From NCBI GenBank assembly GCA_964016885.1, contig OZ024740.1:190898001-190962000 (forward strand): DNA of 64,000 nucleotides, given 5' to 3'. Numbering within the stretch: the stretch's first letter is position 1; every line of letters starts with the position of its first letter. The translations under genes were made by a program, and so were the position numbers. The stretch comes from Eledone cirrhosa. Lineage: Eukaryota. Positions 57,766 through 64,000 of the stretch are shown one piece after another. A model generated the notes under the pieces. That model had not been told where the DNA came from and made no database searches. It worked only from the letters and a program-made list of their open reading frames with translations.

Positions 57766-57854
<89 letters not shown>

Positions 57855-57872
57855 AATATATATATATATATG

Positions 57873-58317
57873 AATGTAATCTGAGTTTTTCGAATATTAA
57901 TAATAACATTCGATCGATTCGTTTACAATTGTGCAAACAACACTCAATTTCATAGCCATGTCAGTAGAATGAAGACTTCATTCTTGCTCTTCTGTTCGCA
58001 TGCCAACACAAGAGCAAGAATGAAGTGTTCATTCTACTGACATGGCTAAAGAATTGAGATTTGTTTGCATAATTGCAAAAGAATCGAATGTTATTATTAA
58101 TATGTGGATTGGCAGTATAGGTAGAGCGTCGGACGCCATGCTTTGAAGCATAGAGTTACCTCCCTTTATGATCTGAGTTCAATCCACGCCGAAGTCGACT
58201 TTGCCTTTCATCCTTACGGTGTCGATAAAATAAAGTACCAGTAATGCACTGGGTAATTGATGGCATTGTGCCAAAAGTAGAAACAATTATTAATATTCGA
58301 AAAACTGAGAGTACATT
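57873..58317. repeat. Foldback (~250 bp net) with a SINE inserted in the right arm
   Basis: TAGCCATGTCAGTAGAATGAA pairs with TTCATTCTACTGACATGGCTA. The outer GTTTTTCGAATATTAATAAT pairs with sequence beyond the SINE. Confidence 0.88.
58104..58285 (+). mobile_element. tRNA-derived SINE (family A)
   Basis: Family A sequence. 11-bp TSD ATTATTAATAT at 58093-58103 and 58286-58296. Confidence 0.92.
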
Positions 58318-58362
58318 TATTGTGTTCAGCCATGTAGAGCGAAATTGTCTGTTATATATATA

Positions 58363-59265
58363 CTAGCAGCAGTACCCAGCGTTGCCTGGGTGGGTAAACT
58401 AATATCTGCTTTGATGACTCATCTTTGGCCACACACAGGCCAAGCTGGGGAGGGTGGTGATGACCTCTATCATTGAGGAACGCGGGTGACTGACGAAGGG
58501 GCATACTGGGGGAGGGCGGTAATGACCTCTAACTCTAAGCCAAATTTCCTCACGCTACTTGATTGGAAACCGATGAATTCTCAAATAATCAACTAAAAGC
58601 TCAGACGACGACAGTGGCCATCATTTTGCCTTTGATATTCTATAAGATGTGCAATGATAGGTTCTATCGTAGTATACAAGTTAAACCAAATAAATAAATT
58701 GATTTATGTGTGAGGTGGAGCCGAAGTTTCGAATTCGAACGAAATCAGTTGAAAAATTTGGGAGCTAGAGACGAAAAGGCGGAAATTTGAGCGAAAAAGT
58801 GGTATTTTCGAATATTTAATCGGCTACCACGCCGTTCCTGTACCAACTATCCAAAATGTAAAGCCACTGTAACACGTACAATAATAAGATCTAGCGTAGT
58901 GTAAAATTTGAAGAAAGCGGATTGATTAATGTGGGAGCTAGAGCCGAAAAATTTGAGTCTAAAAGTGGTATTTTGTTATATATGAGCTGCTGCCACGCCG
59001 TGTATGAAGAACAAATGGCAAAATATGGGAGCTAGAGCCAATATTTTTATTTTGTGATACCTAAAAAAAGGTGACCCCCCTATCGATTTTTATCTGCAGA
59101 ATAACCCCGGAATAAAAAATAAACATATGCTGATATATAGAAAACTCTCCCCGTTGACTAATCTATGAGCCTGTAAAGTTTCATGATAATCGAATCGGTC
59201 GTAAGATGTAGGCCTCTATAGTTAATAGACCGATACACACACACACACATACTTAATTATATATA

Positions 59266-59275
<10 letters not shown>
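58363..59275 (-). mobile_element. Non-autonomous Helitron-like element
   Basis: Minus-strand 3' end ACCCAG-GCAACG-CTGGGT hairpin, 7 nt, then CTAG|T. Internal repeats GGGAGCTAGAG (x3) and GGGGAGGG(T/C)GGT(G/A)ATGACCTCTA (x2). The other end runs into (TA)n. Confidence 0.7.
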
Positions 59276-59363
<88 letters not shown>

Positions 59364-59445
59364 TTAAACCTTTTCCTATTACCCACTTTATTACCTTAAG
59401 TGTTGAATACTCTGGTGCGTTATGGTCCATCTGTTTCCTTATTCG

Positions 59446-59513
<68 letters not shown>

Positions 59514-59518
<5 letters not shown>

Positions 59519-60088
59519 AGCAGAAGGGATATTCAATTTGTTGGTAATTCAACAAATATATATGTTTATAACAAATTCAGAGCACTCAACATATTTTCTC
59601 GAGTATAATATACAATGATATTAAATAAATGGAAACTATATTTATAAATCCATATTTATTCTATCAAGCGTACCAATATTTTGGTACGCTATCATCAGAT
59701 AACATGAGAAATGTATTTTATAAATTATGACATAACCAAGGATAATATACATTAACGGTTCAAATTATCCTTGGATAGTGAAGGGAAAATAGAAGAAAAG
59801 TCAGATATTTCAAATTATTAAGATGAGTATGCAAATGAGGTTTTGGTAAGAATTCTGAAAAAAATGTTATTTTAGATGCTATGGAAAATTTAAATAATTA
59901 TAATAAGTTATTGTATGCGTAGGAAAGAAGAGAAAAAAAGAAGATCTAGCATTTACGTTAATTTGGGGGAAAATATTTACTTACCTATATTTATGAGTTA
60001 TAAGATTTTATATATAACCAATCAGATTATATGAAGAATTATGGTTGTAAGTATTTTTATCTTATTACATTACGATAGGTTATATGTA

Positions 60089-60143
<55 letters not shown>

Positions 60144-62345
60144 GGCGTATGCATTAGTTGTTTATATATCAAATATGAGTTACGAAGAATGTTGAATTTG
60201 TATTTTATTTAAAGAATAGATGGTTCAAGTTATGAGAGTAGAACAATTTGTGGATTTAAAAATGTTGTTCAACATTGAAAATATTTTCAGAGTACTGTTG
60301 ATTTAGCGAAACTATACAGATTATCAAACATAATGTGTTTATGTTTTCACGATTGAGAAAGGAAAGATAACTCCAATTTTGTTTGTTACCCATTAAATTA
60401 GAGAAAATTATATATTATTTTGTGTGAGATACATTATTTTAGTCAAAGGTGTGTAAATGTTTGAAAAATAAAAGGAGAGAGGAAAAATGTAATGTGTTTT
60501 TCGAAGAACTATCGTAAGGAGGATACATTTTCAGAATGTCATTTAAAGATTATCAATCTACATAATGTTGGAATTAAAATGAATGTCAGAATTAAAATAA
60601 TGTAGGAAACTAAAATATTAAATATATATATTAACATTTTTTTGAAATGTTAAAAATATTAAAAAATATAAAAAAATTATTAAAGATATTAAAAATAGTA
60701 AAATATTTACATATACATTTTCACAAAATGTTAGGATCATTTTCAAGGTGTAAAGGAATATTATAAACTAAAAATAGTGGAATTTTGGCGATGTTTGCAA
60801 GAAGAAAATAATTATATTCTGAGATTAATAGAGTTTTGACAGTTAATTATATAAAAAATGTCTTCGATACACAATTTACATTATCTTGATAAAGTCGTAT
60901 TTCGGTATGCAGGTACTTTTGAAATCGTTTTGAATAGTCTATATTGTTGTCTTTTAAATCCCAGATTATATGTGAAAGTCAAGTAGAAGATTTTTTATCA
61001 GATCTCCTAAATGTATGATTATGGTTAATCGAGCGTTCTTTAATTTTTTTTTAAGTGACACCAACCAACATAGTTAAACATTTTGTCCATAGTTTTAACT
61101 GTGCATTTATAAACTGTTTTTGTCTAAACAAATATGTTGTAAAGGGCAGTTTGATTTGATTCTACAGTTACATTTACTAGAGTTATTGTTGTTCAGAACA
61201 GTACCATTATTCTGAATATCGTTGTCATTATTGCTATTTTGGTTTAAATTTAAGTTTCTATTATTAATTCTATTTATATTTTGTCCTATGTTCATAGTAG
61301 TAGACTAGGATATTTTTAGTGTGTGTCTATTAAAAATAGAGTGATATCTGTGGGCTTTAGGAAAACATTTATCTAGTGCTTTAAAGAATAGCTTTGCTAA
61401 AAATGTTTTAACGCTTAATGAGAAAGGGGGAGAGTACCAAATATTATTTCTAGTTCTAGTTTTTTTGTTTGGTTTAGTGTCCAAGTTAATATTAGGATGA
61501 TATGTCATGTTATTGTTATCTATGTATTTAATTCTATTTAAGTATCCTGATCTATGTAAAGGTTCATTATAATATTCAGCATTATCATCCAACATATTTG
61601 TATTAGCGGAGATGCGTGAAATCCGTTGTTGACGCTATTGACAATAGTGTTTTTAATACTTCTAGCATGATTTGAATTGAAACTTACATAATTTAAATTT
61701 TCGTTAATTTTATGGAAAGGATAGTAAGGACATGTGCTAAGGTTTAAAGTTACATATAAGAAGTTAACGATTTTGTAGTTATCCTCTATTTCTAATGTAA
61801 GATTGTAGTTGTTGAAAAATTGTATTATGGATTTTCTTTTCCTATTAATTTCACTACTGCCGTGGTTTTCAGTTAATAGCAACATATCGTCACGATATAA
61901 ACCTCCTGTCATATTTGACATTTGCCTATGCAGTACATTATTAATAAATAATCCAACGAGGTATGTATGTTGCGCCGAGTCAGATGATCCCATAGTGACA
62001 TCAACATTGTTTTTTTCTGTCAGCTCTTGTACAGAGATGATTATTAAATTCTATTAGTGTTTTACTTTCTGTTAGAATTATAATAATGTCATCACTAGAA
62101 AAGTCTGTATGTTTAGACGCGTAGATAAGTGCTTTATTAAGTAAACTAGGGGTGATAGAGGAGTAATAATTTGCAATATCCATTTGAATGAATTTTTTGT
62201 TATGTTTTAATTGTATGTTATTGAACCAATCTATAACTTCATTAGTACCATTCCATAGTTTAAGGTGTGATTTTACTTTAAGTAGTGGTATAATTCTATC
62301 TAATGTATATTTGCTAATAATAATTCCATACTTTTGAAAATGCAC
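59514..62345 (-). mobile_element. Third Penelope-like (Naiad-like) element, 5'-truncated and decayed
   Basis: FIQMDIANYYSSI, MGSSDSAQ, LYRDD, IWYSPPFS and KCNCRIKSNCPLQHICL motifs across ~60770-62330, followed by an AT-rich 3' UTR. Confidence 0.88.
59636..59704 (-). ncRNA. Degenerate hammerhead remnant at the 3' end of the third Penelope-like element
   Basis: Minus strand CTGATGA-T-AGCGTACCAA-AATA-TTGGTACGCT-T-GATA. 10-bp perfect stem II, but GAAA is mutated to GATA and stems I/III are poor. Confidence 0.55.
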
Positions 62346-62672
62346 TAGACAGTATTGAAGAGATATCGGCTCCGGATTAGGCCCGATCGTAATCGATCTT
62401 ACCTTGAGCCGATCGATTGCAAACACGCGTTATGAGGTAAAATTAACTCTACCATGCTAAATCTATACATTATTTCCGCTTACGTATTGCTAGCATTATA
62501 GTGTATATTTATTTTAAAACTTGTTGAAGACCATTCGCCATGAATTTTAAAGTGGTGAATATGTCACTTACTTAGTCTGGGCAAATACGAAGGGAAGCAA
62601 CCGATGGCCATTTCTCTCTTGTTAATGATTATCAAGATAGCATATCCCTTCGCTGTTTATATATAATCCTTC

Positions 62673-62824
<152 letters not shown>

Positions 62825-63869
62825 GTTTGTGTGTTTGCATATCTGTAGAAATATACCTCAAGTTTCAAAGGCACTGATTCCTATTTCTTTGGGAGTTTCG
62901 TTAGATTCGTGTTTGACTAATTACCAAACTTACATGGGAACTAAATTTAATTTGTTAGTCAAAATTCCTCAAACTAGAACAGAATACCATGAATTTGTGG
63001 AAGATTTTATGCTGTTATTATCTGAGCACCGAACGACACCTTTAAGATAACGCGGACGTTCACAATGTTGTTTTAGCTGCTTCAACTAACATTTGCTGAC
63101 TTAATATTTAGTCAGTTACACAAATATTCAGAATGCGGAAAGAAATCTCAAAACCTTAATTTTAACTGAAAATCAGTATTTTACCGAAAGCAAAAGAAAG
63201 ATTGAGACTTGTAAAAGATGAAAGCAAAGGTTTAAACTTGAATACTTGGCTTTTAACCAGAAGCAAAATTATTGATTAAATATACAATACTTGCATTCGA
63301 GTGTTGTTTATTCTGAAAATGTTTTCAGCTGTTTCAAAGAATATCGTGAAAAAAACTGAATTAATACCTAAAGGGTTAACACGTAAAATATGAACATTCA
63401 TTGGTTAATATTTTTTAACACTTTACTCAAAAGACATGCATATTATTCTGTAAGCATAATCCTGTAGGCTCTGAAATTTCTCTTCAATGGCTTCTTCTTT
63501 ATATTATAACTAAAACACACAAAAATTGAATTAATCACTTATCATGTGATAATTTCAATTTTATCTTCGAATGCTTCTCTTTACATTCATATAAGTGAAT
63601 AAAACACATTGTCTATGGAATGTTCAATTCCTCATTCGTACGTGAAATATGAATATGCGCACACATATACATATATACGTACACATAGAAAATTATAGAA
63701 ACACGCTAAAATGTTCCAACCAGTAAAAATAAAATATATCTTAGATTCCCTGATGAAAATCACATTAGACTGAAAGTTCTGAACAAACGCTAGATTATAT
63801 TCATTTATACGCATTTGTGAATATTATCCTCATTTAAAATGAATACCCACACATACACACACACATACA

Positions 63870-63933
<64 letters not shown>

Positions 63934-64000
63934 TGTGTGTATGTGTGTGTGTGTGTTTGTGTGTGTGTATGTGTGTCTGTGTGTGTCTGTCTGAGTATGC

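Noticed and set aside
63746-63790. CTGATGA...GAAA motif
   Set aside because: Stem II is weak, there is no UH triplet after stem III, no stem I and no repeat context.

Overview
AT-rich, microsatellite-dense animal DNA. The repeat content suggests a cephalopod/octopus-like genome, which is inference only. No host protein-coding gene is supportable, and nearly all short ORFs are microsatellite or antisense artefacts. The window is a stack of retroelements and other repeats: (1) a non-coding ~450-bp tandem/inverted repeat at 283-1750 carrying one hammerhead ribozyme (HHR) per unit, i.e. a retrozyme-like element; (2) three decayed Penelope-like elements with C-terminal GIY-YIG (Naiad-like), each with its own HHR or HHR remnant in the pseudo-LTR; (3) a head-to-tail array of L1/Tx1-type LINEs separated by (ATT)n; (4) R4/Dong-like and CRE-like LINE fragments; (5) many tRNA-derived SINEs with TSDs; (6) non-autonomous Helitrons and several long foldback palindromes. 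The most notable signal is the set of non-canonical hammerheads. All share a mismatch at 10.1/11.1, one family has a U4A core, and one has an ~80-nt loop II that has absorbed a SINE.
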